Shown here one piece after another: positions 19,532 to 30,777 of a stretch of 53,524 nt of DNA. Each line of letters begins with the position of its first letter. Positions within the stretch are counted from its first letter, which is position 1. The notes beneath the pieces were generated by a model, which was not told where the DNA came from, did not search any database, and saw only the letters and a list, made by a program, of their open reading frames with translations. Made by a program: the position numbers and the translations under genes. The DNA comes from Promethearchaeota archaeon (lineage in GTDB: Archaea > Asgardarchaeota > Lokiarchaeia > Sigyniarchaeales > SOKP01): NCBI GenBank assembly GCA_016840165.1, contig JAEOSU010000012.1, forward strand, positions 1-53,524, read 5' to 3'.

Positions 19532-19906
19532 ATGAAAGAAATTATCAACCCTGGTACTCCAGTAGCGGGACCTTATAGCCCAGGAATAAAATCTGGGAAT
19601 AATTTATTTATATCTGGCCAAGGTTGGCCACAAGAATCTTCAGATATAAGTGAGCAGACCTATCAAACGTTAAATAACATAAAAAAAATCATTAAAACTG
19701 CTAGAGGAAAAGTGTCAGATATAGTAGCTACCACAGTTTACTTAAAACACATGGAGGATTTTAAAGAAATGAATGCAGCTTATGAAAAGTTTTTTATGGA
19801 TAATAACGTAACTGAAGGATTTCCTTCCCGAACTACTGTTGAAGTATCTAATCTGCCAAGACCAGCAATGTTAGTCGAAATTAATGCTTTTGCAGTTCTC
19901 GAATAA
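19532..19906 (+). CDS. RidA/YjgF family enamine deaminase
   Basis: GPYS, LFISGQ, MNAAY..FF, PSRTTVEVS.LP and VEI motifs. Confidence 0.92.
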   Translation: MKEIINPGTPVAGPYSPGIKSGNNLFISGQGWPQESSDISEQTYQTLNNIKKIIKTARGKVSDIVATTVYLKHMEDFKEMNAAYEKFFMDNNVTEGFPSRTTVEVSNLPRPAMLVEINAFAVLE

Positions 19907-20056
19907 TATGTAATTGTATAATATCAAATAATACTATGATTAAAAAGTCTCATTTTAATTGTTTTATCTTCCTTCTTTTCTATTATACATCCATATAAAA
20001 ATTAAATGAATATTAAATTCATAATAGTTAAGTGGGATCTCCAACTTTCAATTACA

Positions 20057-21019
20057 ATGACAAGCAAAAATTTAAAAAAAGGGATAATATGTGGTGTAAT
20101 TGGAGTCTTTTTAATAGGGCTGCAGCCAATTATTGCCAACTCAAGACCTTCTGTAATTGATCCCTTTATTTTTGCGGCTATAACCGCTATTATTGAAGTA
20201 TTGATTTTTTTTCCACTCTATATTCTTGAAAGAAAAAGACTAAAGAAAAGGATAAAGAATATTGCTGAGAATTTTGAAAAAGGTCAATCTCTTTTAAATG
20301 GTTGGAAAAAGAGAGGTAATCTAGCTATTTTATTATTTATAGGAACTTCATTTACTGTCGTCCCAATATTATTATACGTTGGTTACGAATTAGCGGGAGC
20401 AATTCTTAGTTCTTTAGCGTTGAAGAGTGAAATTATATTTGCTTTATTATTCGGTTTTCTAGTGCTTAAGGAAAAAATTAATAAAATACAAATAGTATTT
20501 TCAGTTGTCTTATTCATTGGATTAATCGTAGCAATAAGTCAAGGGAATTATAACTTACTTGAATTCAATATAGGGGTTTTAATATTAATCCTAAATGCAG
20601 CATTATTTACTTTCATTCATACTTTAACTAAGATAAGATTAGATAGAAATGAACTGTTTTCCACTCAGATTGTTTTTTTTCGGAACGCGATTAGTGGTTT
20701 GATATTATTCTTGATTTATATAATTATATTTCCCTTAGCTAATCTTTTGATTATTTTAAATCCTCTAAATTTTCTATTTTTTTTGTTAATGGGATTAGAT
20801 TATGGATTTAGCTTATATTTTTGGTACAAAACCTTATCATATATCGAAATAGGAAAGGCAGGGATAATAAATTCAATCACCCCAATAATTTCAGCTTTTT
20901 TTGCATTCATTATCCTTGGAGAGATATTCACGATTTATCATCTAATCGGTATGGTGATCGTAATTATTTCCATCATCGTAATTGTACGAGAAAAAGCGAA
21001 AATTTCTAAAAATTTTTAA
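20057..21019 (+). CDS. EamA/DMT family transporter
   Basis: About 10 TM segments with duplicated EamA halves (LKEK..., LGE...). Probable start at MTSKN. Confidence 0.88.
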   Translation: MTSKNLKKGIICGVIGVFLIGLQPIIANSRPSVIDPFIFAAITAIIEVLIFFPLYILERKRLKKRIKNIAENFEKGQSLLNGWKKRGNLAILLFIGTSFTVVPILLYVGYELAGAILSSLALKSEIIFALLFGFLVLKEKINKIQIVFSVVLFIGLIVAISQGNYNLLEFNIGVLILILNAALFTFIHTLTKIRLDRNELFSTQIVFFRNAISGLILFLIYIIIFPLANLLIILNPLNFLFFLLMGLDYGFSLYFWYKTLSYIEIGKAGIINSITPIISAFFAFIILGEIFTIYHLIGMVIVIISIIVIVREKAKISKNF

Positions 21020-21056
21020 TCCTTAAATTTTTTTCTAATTTATCTTGAGTGGTAAT

Positions 21057-21995
21057 ATGAAAAAGGGAATAATTTTCGGTTTACTAGGAGTTTTTTTTGT
21101 AGGTTTACAGCCCATTATCGCCAATGCTCGCCCTAGCGTATTAGATCCCTATATTTTCGCAGCTATGACCTGCTTAGTAGAAGCTGGTTTATTCTTTCCG
21201 TTAATATTCATAGAAAAAAGGCTTAATCATATTAAAGACAATTCCACAGGTTTAAATCTAAAAGAAAAATCAAGTCTCCTTAAAATTTGGAAAAAGAATT
21301 TATGGTTCTTTATCTTCATAGGATTTATATTTGGTTTAAATCAACTTCTGTTTTTTATAGGTTACGGCTTAGCAGGTGCGATTAATGGGTCTCTCACTCA
21401 AAAGACTACAGTATTTTTTGGTATATTATTTGGCTTTTTAATTCTTAAAGAAAAAGTTACTAGACTCCAAGTAATTTTTTCTATAATTCTATTCTTTGGA
21501 TTGATTTTGGCAATTACAGAAGGAGCTTTTAATCTTCTAAGTTTTAATTTAGAAATGATGATCGGTGTCCTTACCTTATTATTTATTACTTGTTTGTGGA
21601 TGTTTGGACATACCATCACTAAACCAGTGCTTAATAGAGATGAAGTCACTGCTTCACAGATGGTTTTTTTAAGAAATTTAATCAGCGGAATTATCCTTTT
21701 TCTTACCTACTTTATCTTTTATCCTTTTGAGAATATCTTTCTCTTAGCTAATCCCTCAAATCAAGTTTATTATATATCAATGGGGCTAATCTATGGACTG
21801 GGGTTATTTTGTTGGTATAAGACCTTATCCTACCTTGATGTTTCAAAAGCAACTATTATATTATCACCAACACCAATAGTTACCGCCATCTTTGCAACCA
21901 TATTTCTTGGTGAAATGTTCACTATCTTCCATCTTATAGGCACCATAATCGTGTTATTTTCAATAATTATTATTGTCACTCAAAAAGAGAAGTAA
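21057..21995 (+). CDS. EamA/DMT family transporter (tandem paralog)
   Basis: Shares GLQPIIAN.RPSV.DP.IFAA with the upstream gene. Confidence 0.88.
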   Translation: MKKGIIFGLLGVFFVGLQPIIANARPSVLDPYIFAAMTCLVEAGLFFPLIFIEKRLNHIKDNSTGLNLKEKSSLLKIWKKNLWFFIFIGFIFGLNQLLFFIGYGLAGAINGSLTQKTTVFFGILFGFLILKEKVTRLQVIFSIILFFGLILAITEGAFNLLSFNLEMMIGVLTLLFITCLWMFGHTITKPVLNRDEVTASQMVFLRNLISGIILFLTYFIFYPFENIFLLANPSNQVYYISMGLIYGLGLFCWYKTLSYLDVSKATIILSPTPIVTAIFATIFLGEMFTIFHLIGTIIVLFSIIIIVTQKEK

Positions 21996-22229
21996 TTTAT
22001 TCAATTCATAAATGTAGAAAAGAAATATAAATAAATATATTTCGATATAATTTTGATAAATATACAGAATTTAGTTAAATTTTGGATTTAAAGATGATTT
22101 TAATAAATCCAAAAGTTCAATCACAAGATTTAAATATTTCCTTATATAGAATAAAATATATATAAATATACAAATATATTTTAAAAAATAAAATAAATAA
22201 CCTATAATTATGATTAAATTGATGAATTT

Positions 22230-23027
22230 ATGAGTAATAATGAAATAATATCTGTTCGAAACTTAAAGAAGTTCTTTGGTGATGTAAAAGCCGTTAATGG
22301 AATAGATTTTGATGTTCATAAGGGAGAGATTTTCGGCTTATTAGGACCTAATGGCGCGGGAAAGACAACTACAATTAAACTATTATTAGGTTTATTAGAG
22401 GCTAATGAAGGAACTATTAGAGTTATGGGATTGGATCCTGAAAAAGATGAAGTTGAGATTAAAAAAAAAATAGGATACGTATCCGAGGAACCATTAATCT
22501 TTAAATCATTAACCCCAAAAGACTTATTTAATTTCATAGCATCCATTCGGAAATTAGACCCAGAAGAGGCAACGGAACGTGCTAAAGAATATTTAGAAAG
22601 TTTAGGTGCTCTTGAATATTATGATCAACTTATTGCTACCCTTTCGCATGGTAATAAGCAAAAGATCCAAGTAGTTGCATCTATAATGCATGATCCCGAT
22701 TTACTTATTTTTGATGAACCAATTGCTGGTTTAGACGCAAAATCGGTAAAAGTAATAAAGGAGATTATGGATATACAAGTAGATAAAGGAGGAGCGGTAC
22801 TTTTTTCTACTCATATCATGGAAATAGCTCAAGATTTATGTGACCGCATTGCCATCATTAATAGAGGTAAAATAGTTGGTATTGGAACATTAGATGAGCT
22901 TAGTCGTCAAGCAGACAGATTAGGCGCGAATCTGGAAGATATTTTCTTAAGATTAACAGAACAGGATACTTCTGTAGAAGAGATCGTTAAAAAATTGAGA
23001 CAATCCTTTAATCAAAGAAAATTATAA
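22230..23027 (+). CDS. ABC transporter ATP-binding protein
   Basis: Walker A GPNGAGKTT, signature LSHGNKQK, Walker B DEP and H-loop STH. Confidence 0.95.
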   Translation: MSNNEIISVRNLKKFFGDVKAVNGIDFDVHKGEIFGLLGPNGAGKTTTIKLLLGLLEANEGTIRVMGLDPEKDEVEIKKKIGYVSEEPLIFKSLTPKDLFNFIASIRKLDPEEATERAKEYLESLGALEYYDQLIATLSHGNKQKIQVVASIMHDPDLLIFDEPIAGLDAKSVKVIKEIMDIQVDKGGAVLFSTHIMEIAQDLCDRIAIINRGKIVGIGTLDELSRQADRLGANLEDIFLRLTEQDTSVEEIVKKLRQSFNQRKL

Positions 23028-23040
23028 TGAGGATTTAACC

Positions 23041-25680
23041 ATGGCAGAAAAGAAGTTGAAGCTCTATAAGCTTGCAAAATATACAAATTTAGAAATAGTT
23101 ATGGAGGCTCAAATTCAATCAACAGGAGCCAATCAAGCCAAACTTATGGAGAGATACAAAAAAAGTAAGAAATCTGTCCAACACCAAGTATTAACATTAA
23201 AGATTGTCTATGCTTGTTTAATATTCTTTACCGCTGTTGTACCAATATTTACAATTTTACAATTAGTGCAGGGTTTAAGTTTTGGTACGTTACCATTAGA
23301 TACAGCATTATTTAGTGGAACCTTATTTTTCGGAGTTTTTTTCATTACACAATTTATCTATTTATTATTATTGGGCATGTTTAATATTAGTGCGATGATG
23401 ACTGGTGAAGCTTTCAAGTGGTATGAAACATTACCCATTTCAAAAAAACGATTACAAAAATTAGGGTTGATAACGGTTATTCGAAACTTAGACGCCGTTA
23501 TAATTACTATGATTATATCATTTCCGATTATTATCGCAATTATAACCCAAAATATACTTTTAGTCATTATCAGTTGTTTACTCTCAGTTCTAAATGTTGT
23601 ATTCGTAGTGAGTCTATTGGTTTTAATTGCAGAGAGAATGAGTCGCGTCTTTAAAGGCGATCAAGTAAGTTCGAAAAAAGCAACTATTCTAAGGATCTTT
23701 ACTATACTCAGTTACTTCATTGTGGCCATGTCTGCGAGTCTGATCGTTCAGTGGGCGATAAATTCGATTAGTGATATTTTTGCAATGCTTGCAACTATAA
23801 CTATACCTGATATAGTCAATTTCATCTTCGGATTGATTCCATTTCCATTTGCTCCAGGTATTCTATTAACGTTATTTATAGATCCTACCAAATTCGCTCC
23901 TAATATGTGGATTTCCGGTCTTATTGGTATTGGTTTATTAATAGGCTTGACTTTTGTTCTCTATAATAAGGCAATTAGTTCAATGAGAATGGTAACCATA
24001 AGCTCTGTCGCTGAGAAAGAAATAAAAACAGAAAAAAGGAAAAAAGAGGATATAGTTGTTGATATTCTTGTTAAATCACCGATTCAAGCATACCGGAGAA
24101 AGGATTTATCTGCAGCAACAAGAGATATGCAGACTTTAATGTATTTGATTCTTCCGATGATTCTTCCGTTTATCTATTCAATTATTCTTACGGTTAGTAT
24201 AGGATCATCACCTACTTTTGGTCTAGAGGATGTATTGATCTTTTGGAGCATTTTAATGTTCTACCAGCCGATGATATCGATTATAATTACTACTGGATTT
24301 TTAAATATGGAAGATGGAGGTGCCTCCATTCTTGCGGGATTACCTATTCATCCACGAGACCAAGCAAAAGCTAAATTATCCTTATTAATAACCATTCAGA
24401 CGATTTCATTCTTCGTCCCAGCATTATTCTTCATAACAAGTCCAGTATTTGTGGATTATCTATTATTATTTATCGCATGGTATCCTGTTACCCTCGTTTT
24501 CTTATTTATCATATTCAATCTGAAGATCCGTCTCTTTGGGAGAATGAAGTATAAATTTGTATTAGAGGAGGTTAATCCTAAGAAAAAGACAGTAAAATGG
24601 GTAATTATGGTCACTACTGAAGGCTTGATATATATTTTCTATGTAATTTTTGGATCATTGTTAATATTGGTTTTTGGATTGGTTCCAATGGTTTTAATAG
24701 TTTCAATCACAAGTGTTTTGATTTTAGTTGGATTACTAATTTCTGTCAATCGGATGTTCCCAAAGAAACTTGGAAAGCGAATAATGATAAGTATACGTGA
24801 TGCTTTAAGGCAAAAGCCGCTCTTAGGAACACTAATTGTGTTATTAGTCTATTTTGCATTCCTCTATTTGTCTGCAAATCTGGCAATAATTCTGATATTA
24901 CCGTTATACAGTATTTTACCTCTACCTGTGGCACTATACATTGAGTTTCTTTATAACTTTGGGTTTATGATGCTTCTGTGGCTTTTGGTAGTACCGAAAA
25001 GTTTACGTCTTCCCATTGGTAAATCAAATTTTAATGAATACTTAAGATCAGTAAAATTAATCAGTCCAGTGGTAAAAAAGAAATCCAAGTTCTTTATGAA
25101 CATCATCCTAGCATTGTCATGCGTAGCGATTTATTACAGTTCAGCCTTGATTTTCGGGAACATTTTAGGTGATTATGTATTTGATCCCTCAGTGGTATTT
25201 GGCCCTCCAAGAATCGTATCAGGTGGGATTATTTTAGGCTGGTCTATTTTCTTTATCATGTTAATTCCAGGAATATGGGAAGAATGGGGATTTCGGGGAG
25301 TATTAATCCCATTGAATTCAAAAAAATATTCGAAATTAACGGTTCTTATAATTAGTTCTGTCGCATTTGGAGTATATCATTTAGTTAATATTCTATTTGG
25401 GCAGGATTGGGTTTATACTCTATTTCAAGCATTATTTGCAACAGCTTTCGGGTTTTTGTTTGGATACGTTTTTATCAAAACCAATAGTTTATTACCAAGT
25501 ATAATTATGCATTATTTAGTTAATTCACTTGGCCAATTATTCGTTAATACAGTACCCTATAACGAATTATCTGCTGCTCTATTTTTAATTTTCGGAGTTG
25601 GTATGGTACCAGCAATTTTAGGTATGACATTAGTATATATAATAACAAAATTTGCATTCCCTAAACTCTATCAAAAGTAA
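23041..25680 (+). CDS. Large membrane protein: putative ABC exporter permease fused to a C-terminal CPBP (CAAX/Abi) intramembrane protease
   Basis: More than 20 TM segments. The C-terminus has WEEWGFRG, FGVYH and HYLVN CPBP motifs. It follows the ABC ATPase. Confidence 0.75.
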   Translation: MAEKKLKLYKLAKYTNLEIVMEAQIQSTGANQAKLMERYKKSKKSVQHQVLTLKIVYACLIFFTAVVPIFTILQLVQGLSFGTLPLDTALFSGTLFFGVFFITQFIYLLLLGMFNISAMMTGEAFKWYETLPISKKRLQKLGLITVIRNLDAVIITMIISFPIIIAIITQNILLVIISCLLSVLNVVFVVSLLVLIAERMSRVFKGDQVSSKKATILRIFTILSYFIVAMSASLIVQWAINSISDIFAMLATITIPDIVNFIFGLIPFPFAPGILLTLFIDPTKFAPNMWISGLIGIGLLIGLTFVLYNKAISSMRMVTISSVAEKEIKTEKRKKEDIVVDILVKSPIQAYRRKDLSAATRDMQTLMYLILPMILPFIYSIILTVSIGSSPTFGLEDVLIFWSILMFYQPMISIIITTGFLNMEDGGASILAGLPIHPRDQAKAKLSLLITIQTISFFVPALFFITSPVFVDYLLLFIAWYPVTLVFLFIIFNLKIRLFGRMKYKFVLEEVNPKKKTVKWVIMVTTEGLIYIFYVIFGSLLILVFGLVPMVLIVSITSVLILVGLLISVNRMFPKKLGKRIMISIRDALRQKPLLGTLIVLLVYFAFLYLSANLAIILILPLYSILPLPVALYIEFLYNFGFMMLLWLLVVPKSLRLPIGKSNFNEYLRSVKLISPVVKKKSKFFMNIILALSCVAIYYSSALIFGNILGDYVFDPSVVFGPPRIVSGGIILGWSIFFIMLIPGIWEEWGFRGVLIPLNSKKYSKLTVLIISSVAFGVYHLVNILFGQDWVYTLFQALFATAFGFLFGYVFIKTNSLLPSIIMHYLVNSLGQLFVNTVPYNELSAALFLIFGVGMVPAILGMTLVYIITKFAFPKLYQK

Positions 25681-25799
25681 TTTTTTTTATTTTTCTTTTT
25701 TAAGTGATTTTGAGAGAAAAAGAAGCATTTAATAGAAAATCAATCATAATATGTAATTGATTTTACATATTAATTGAAAAAGAGCTATTGCGTAGATTT

Positions 25800-26642
25800 A
25801 TGGCTGAAAATTATAAAGAAATAGAAGTTACTTGCCCGGTATGCAGCAAATCAAAGGATATTAAGATACCAGAGCAAATATTTAGTCAAAAAAGATTTGG
25901 AAATATTCGAATACAAGTTCCTCAAGGAGGGGTTTGTCCAGAACATCAGTTTATATTATTTATCGATACAAAAGGAATTATTCGAGGATATGAAAATATA
26001 GATCTCCAATTGGTAAGTGCCCCTAAAGGAGAGAAAGAATCAGGAGGATTTACACTTAGAGATTTTGTACTTATTTTTGGATTATATGGTGTTTTTTGTC
26101 TAATTCATGCAAAAATATTCAATTATCCAGCATATGTTATTAAAAATAAAGATACTGAGGAGATCTCAGAATTAATAAACAGAATAGGAAACGCTCTCCT
26201 TCCAGGAGCATATAAAAATACAAGTACTATCACCTTTTTGGAAAAAACTGATTACAGTAAGATTCAGCTTAAAGAAAAAAATGCTCTTCTTATGGATGAT
26301 AATCTCAACATACTTCAGACTCCATGGAAAGTGAAATTAAAATTTGAAGAAGAGATTGTAAAAGACGCTCTTGAAATTCTTGATGATAATGAACAATTAA
26401 AGTTAATCCAACTAGCTATATCAGCATTCATACGACAAGCGGAATATGCTAAGGATTTGCTTGAAAAGGTAAAAATAATATATAATGAAGATTTAGTGGA
26501 GAAGATCAATCGTGAATTATTGGAAAGTAAAGTAAATCTTTATCGTGTTTCATTGATAAAAGATTTTATAAGGCAGCGATATTCTCCAAAATTAGCAGAT
26601 AAGATTAAAAATAAGGTCGAAGAATTTCTTAACTTGATTTAA
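25800..26642 (+). CDS. Hypothetical protein with N-terminal Zn-ribbon (CPxC...CxH) domain
   Basis: CPVC...VCPEHQFILFID..GIIRGYE; the same domain occurs in 48853..49299. Confidence 0.75.
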   Translation: MAENYKEIEVTCPVCSKSKDIKIPEQIFSQKRFGNIRIQVPQGGVCPEHQFILFIDTKGIIRGYENIDLQLVSAPKGEKESGGFTLRDFVLIFGLYGVFCLIHAKIFNYPAYVIKNKDTEEISELINRIGNALLPGAYKNTSTITFLEKTDYSKIQLKEKNALLMDDNLNILQTPWKVKLKFEEEIVKDALEILDDNEQLKLIQLAISAFIRQAEYAKDLLEKVKIIYNEDLVEKINRELLESKVNLYRVSLIKDFIRQRYSPKLADKIKNKVEEFLNLI

Positions 26643-26753
26643 GTGTAATCCGCTATTTTTGTTATGATATTAAAAAAATAAAAAAGAGATCCTATCTTCT
26701 TTAGATAAAACACAAATAAAGTAATAATATATTGTTAGGAGGAATGATATAAA

Positions 26754-27536
26754 ATGGATTGGGGTATGGAAAATCGACTTTCAAGAATAATTAAACCCAA
26801 ATCTGGTCATTGTGTAATGCTGGCAGTAGATCATGGATATTTTGGTAATATACCCGGATCTCTCAAATGTTTTGGAGACTTAAACCCATTATTTGAACAT
26901 GCAGATGCTCTTATGCTTACTAGGGGTATGCTAAGAAGCTGTGTTTCTCCGGGAAACGACATACCTATCGTATTAAGAGTTTCTGCTGGAGCTAGTATGC
27001 TTAAAGAACTCTCGAACGAAGAGATAAATGTTACAATTGAAGATGCAATAAGACTAAATGTATCCGCAATTACTTGTTCCATTTTTGTTGGTGGAGAATT
27101 TGAAAAGCAGAGTTTAATGAATCTTTCAAAATTAGTTAATTGGGGTCAAGAATATGGTATTCCAACCTTAGCAGTCACTGCAGTAGGGAGAGAAATGGCA
27201 CGAGACGACCGTTATTTAGGGATGGCAAGCAGAATGGCAGCCGAAATGGGAGCTACATTCGTAAAAACATATTATTGTGATGATTTTGAAAATGTTACTA
27301 GTATTTGCCCTGTGCCTATTGTGATTGCGGGGGGTAGAAAAATCCCTGAAAGGGATGCCTTACAGATGGCTAAGAATGCTATTGATAAAGGTGCCGTTGG
27401 AGTTGATATGGGACGAAATATTTTTCAATCAGATAAACCAATTGGTATGATAAAAGCAGTTCGAGCAATAGTTCATGAAAATGCCTCGGTCGATGAAGCT
27501 TTTGAGATTTATCAACAAGGTCCAGTGGGAATGTAA
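26754..27536 (+). CDS. lsrF: LsrF-type class I aldolase/thiolase (DhnA family)
   Basis: MDWGMENRLSRI...LAVDHGY...VKTYY...IAGG...GVDMGRNIFQS. Confidence 0.88.
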   Translation: MDWGMENRLSRIIKPKSGHCVMLAVDHGYFGNIPGSLKCFGDLNPLFEHADALMLTRGMLRSCVSPGNDIPIVLRVSAGASMLKELSNEEINVTIEDAIRLNVSAITCSIFVGGEFEKQSLMNLSKLVNWGQEYGIPTLAVTAVGREMARDDRYLGMASRMAAEMGATFVKTYYCDDFENVTSICPVPIVIAGGRKIPERDALQMAKNAIDKGAVGVDMGRNIFQSDKPIGMIKAVRAIVHENASVDEAFEIYQQGPVGM

Positions 27537-27652
27537 TTTCTTTCTTTTTTTCTTTTATTCAATTTATATTCAATGATATTGATTTAAATATTAAGCAAAA
27601 TATTTTATCAAGATTCTAATTATACTAAAAATTTGAAAAAAGGGAAAATGAT

Positions 27653-28045
27653 ATGGTAGATAAAATATTAACGATTACAAAAATAACCTTTGGCATTCAT
27701 TTTGTTATAGGATTTATATTCACAATACTATTTTTTATTCCAGATATTATAATTCCAATTTTTGGATTGACACTTACACTTGATACTCACGTGTTAAGCT
27801 TAACTATTGGCTGTTTATTTGCAGGATTTACAGCAAGTTCTTTATTTGGAGTCTTCGCAAAAGAATGGAAACAAGTTAAAATTGTAGTTATTAGCGAACT
27901 TGTTTGGCTCGCTGGCAATTTAATCACCGGAATTATTAGTTTCAGTGTATTTAACTTATTAAGTGCCATTTTTACACTCATTCTTACAATAGTATTGTTA
28001 TTATTATTTGCCTTGGTTTTATTAAAACAAGAGGATATCTTCTAA
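27653..28045 (+). CDS. Hypothetical 4-TM membrane protein
   Basis: Four hydrophobic segments. Confidence 0.7.
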   Translation: MVDKILTITKITFGIHFVIGFIFTILFFIPDIIIPIFGLTLTLDTHVLSLTIGCLFAGFTASSLFGVFAKEWKQVKIVVISELVWLAGNLITGIISFSVFNLLSAIFTLILTIVLLLLFALVLLKQEDIF

Positions 28046-28108
28046 ATCAACAATTAGAAAATAATAGTAAATATTTTTTTTATTTGTATATTTTCATTCC
28101 TATATAAG

Positions 28109-29092
28109 ATGATTACACCTAAAATCCCAAATCTTGATATTCAAAATGTGACAAATGACGTTCTGCTTATCCATCAAAAAAAAACGCCATTTTATTTCTC
28201 TTGCTGTGATGGGCTTGTGATTTTACCGAGGAATGGTAGAAACGACTTAGCAATTGCTTTAGATTTGAATATCGAGCCTAATCTAATAGATGAAATTAAC
28301 CGAGTTTATGGTCCTTTCAGTAATTATGTCTGTACTCATGGTCATATGGATCATATGGCACATGTATATCATTGGGAAGATTTGGGAGTTAAAATTCATG
28401 CACCTATACCAGAAGACGAATATTTATTAGATCTTTGTAATTTTTATAAAGGATTTAGATTTAATGAGGATTTAGATTTTTCAATTATTGAAAAATTTGC
28501 TAATTCTAATAAGTACAAGCCTTGTTCGACTGTTAGATCATTCAATCCTGGAGATGCATTAAAATTAGATGATATTATAATTGAAACAATTTCATTTTCA
28601 GGACATTCAAAAGGACATACAGGCTTTTTCCTTCCTTATGAAAAAATATTACATATAAGTTGTTTGGGATTTGATATTCCAAAGTCGGGAATCGACGGGT
28701 TTGGTCCATGGTATGGATTTAATGAGTGTTCTATTGCAAAATATCTTGAAGATATTAATTTAGCGGAAAAAATTTTCTTGCAGAGAGCAGAATTTTTAAC
28801 ATCAAGTCACGCTTATATCATTAAACATCCTGATACTACCCCATTTACTTACATGAGAAGAAAAATTAAAGATAACCAAACTAAGGTGGATCAAGCTCTC
28901 TCAACTCTCAAAATTAGTAGAAAGGAAGAAATAAACATGGATGAATTATTGAATTTGGATATATTTTTTCCAAAAAGCAAATTGCAAGGTTTTATCGTTG
29001 AATTGTATCGATTTTGGGAATCCTATATAATTGAGAAGCATTTAAAAAGAAGCAAATACTTTCAAAAGGATTCGCATTCTAATTCCTCTTAA
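28109..29092 (+). CDS. Metallo-beta-lactamase fold hydrolase
   Basis: THGHMDH, GHSKGH and SSH motifs. Confidence 0.88.
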   Translation: MITPKIPNLDIQNVTNDVLLIHQKKTPFYFSCCDGLVILPRNGRNDLAIALDLNIEPNLIDEINRVYGPFSNYVCTHGHMDHMAHVYHWEDLGVKIHAPIPEDEYLLDLCNFYKGFRFNEDLDFSIIEKFANSNKYKPCSTVRSFNPGDALKLDDIIIETISFSGHSKGHTGFFLPYEKILHISCLGFDIPKSGIDGFGPWYGFNECSIAKYLEDINLAEKIFLQRAEFLTSSHAYIIKHPDTTPFTYMRRKIKDNQTKVDQALSTLKISRKEEINMDELLNLDIFFPKSKLQGFIVELYRFWESYIIEKHLKRSKYFQKDSHSNSS

Positions 29093-30132
29093 TCTGGCTC
29101 TAAAATGACCTTTAGGGAATCTTTCGCGTCACATACTATTTTAAATGCTTCTAATGCGTTAGTAAAAGGAAATCTATGAGTTATTAGCCCAGAAACTTTT
29201 ATACTTTTAGAAAGAATTCTAAGATAAGAATCTTGTAAATCCTCTGGAGCTGCTCCATAGGAAGTCATAATGGTGATTTCATTTCTCCAGTATGTATTTA
29301 TATCTAATTCGAGCTTGATCCCTGGTTCAGGAACTGCAAAGAAGATTATTTTGCTTCCTGGACCAGCACAATCCAATGCTTGATTAGCTGCTGATATCGC
29401 ACCAGTACACACGATTATTATATCTGGGGCGAGGTGATTATTATTCTCCCTTACTTTCGTAGCAACATTATCACTTGCTTTAAAGATTGCGTCAGCACCG
29501 AACTTTTTAGCCTGTTCCAGACGATAATCATTAATATCAGTTGCAAACACTTTCTCAGCTCCTCTCAATTTTGCAAGTTGAATATGGAGTATTCCAGATA
29601 CACCGCTACCTAAGATTAGCACACAATGTCCTTTCTTTACATCTGCAAGTCTCTGTGCTCTACATACACATCCTAATGGTTCAATAAAGACGCCCTCTTC
29701 ATAAGATACTGATTTATCTAATACAAATACTCCTTTTTTCTCAATATTAATTTTCGGAATTCTAATATATTCTGCAAATCCACCAGGGTCAAAATTAGTA
29801 TTGTGAAGAAGCTCACACGCGGTATGATGTCCTTCACGACAATAATGACATTTAAAACATGGTACGTGGTGAGAAACAAATACACGGTCTCCTTTCTTAT
29901 ACTTTCGTACATCTTTACCAACTTCAACTATATCACCAGTGATCTCATGTCCAAGGATTAGATTGTCCACACCAAGTTTTTTCATTTTAGCAAATCTATA
30001 ATATTCAAGAATATCTGATCCACAAATCCCCGACTTTTTTACCTTAACCAATAGCTCTTCAGGACCAATTTGAGGTATAGGAATCTCATCGCGTCGAATA
30101 TCATTATTATTATAATAACGTACAACTTTCAT
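29089..30132 (-). CDS. Zn-dependent alcohol/polyol dehydrogenase (MDR family)
   Basis: GICGSD, GHE, C..C..C...C and GSGVSG motifs. Confidence 0.92.
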   Translation of the reverse strand: MKVVRYYNNNDIRRDEIPIPQIGPEELLVKVKKSGICGSDILEYYRFAKMKKLGVDNLILGHEITGDIVEVGKDVRKYKKGDRVFVSHHVPCFKCHYCREGHHTACELLHNTNFDPGGFAEYIRIPKINIEKKGVFVLDKSVSYEEGVFIEPLGCVCRAQRLADVKKGHCVLILGSGVSGILHIQLAKLRGAEKVFATDINDYRLEQAKKFGADAIFKASDNVATKVRENNNHLAPDIIIVCTGAISAANQALDCAGPGSKIIFFAVPEPGIKLELDINTYWRNEITIMTSYGAAPEDLQDSYLRILSKSIKVSGLITHRFPFTNALEAFKIVCDAKDSLKVILEPD

Positions 30133-30285
30133 GATAATTCTGTATATTTTGAAATAATTATTATATAAAATAATTTTTAGTTAAAGAATAATTTAAGCAT
30201 ATAATAAAAATTTAGTTTAAAGCTATTTATAAAACTCAAATTAATATAATTATAACCATAATCAAAATATTGACAAAGTAAAAAT

Positions 30286-30750
30286 ATGCCAGAAATTAAG
30301 AGAGAACTTCTAGCCCCTTGCGGCTTGTATTGTGGTGTATGTTCAATTTATATTGCTCATCGAGATAATAACGTGAAGTTTAAAGAAAAATTGCTTCCTG
30401 TATATAAAATGTTTGCGAAAAATATTGATGATATTGCTTGTACCGGATGTTTATCCGATGGTGTAGTATTTCCCGTATGCCAAGTTTGTGCAATAAAAAG
30501 TTGTTGCAAAGAGAAAGAGATTGAAGGATGTCATCAATGCGAAGAATTTCCCTGTAAATATATCAATAATTTTCCTATACCCGTCGGAAAGAAAGTAATT
30601 TTACGTACAATCCCTACATGGAGAGAATTAGGGACAGAAAAATTTGTAGAGGAAGAAGAAAAAAGATATCATTGCCCAGAATGTGGAAATCCTTTATTTC
30701 GAGGAGCAAAAAGATGTAACAAATGTAAAAATCCAGTGAATGTCGATTAA
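30286..30750 (+). CDS. DUF3795-like Cys-rich protein with C-terminal zinc ribbon
   Basis: APCGLYCGVC, CTGC, C.IK.CC, CHQC..FPC and CPEC...CNKC. Confidence 0.8.
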   Translation: MPEIKRELLAPCGLYCGVCSIYIAHRDNNVKFKEKLLPVYKMFAKNIDDIACTGCLSDGVVFPVCQVCAIKSCCKEKEIEGCHQCEEFPCKYINNFPIPVGKKVILRTIPTWRELGTEKFVEEEEKRYHCPECGNPLFRGAKRCNKCKNPVNVD

Positions 30751-30777
30751 AAAGATAAATAGAAGAAAAAAGATATT

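Noticed and set aside
21996-22229. Very AT-rich intergenic stretch with short ATAT repeats (possible origin or CRISPR leader)
   Set aside because: There are no regularly spaced repeats, ORB-like boxes, or adjacent cdc6 or cas genes. It is consistent with an ordinary promoter region, and I saw no CRISPR array anywhere in the window.
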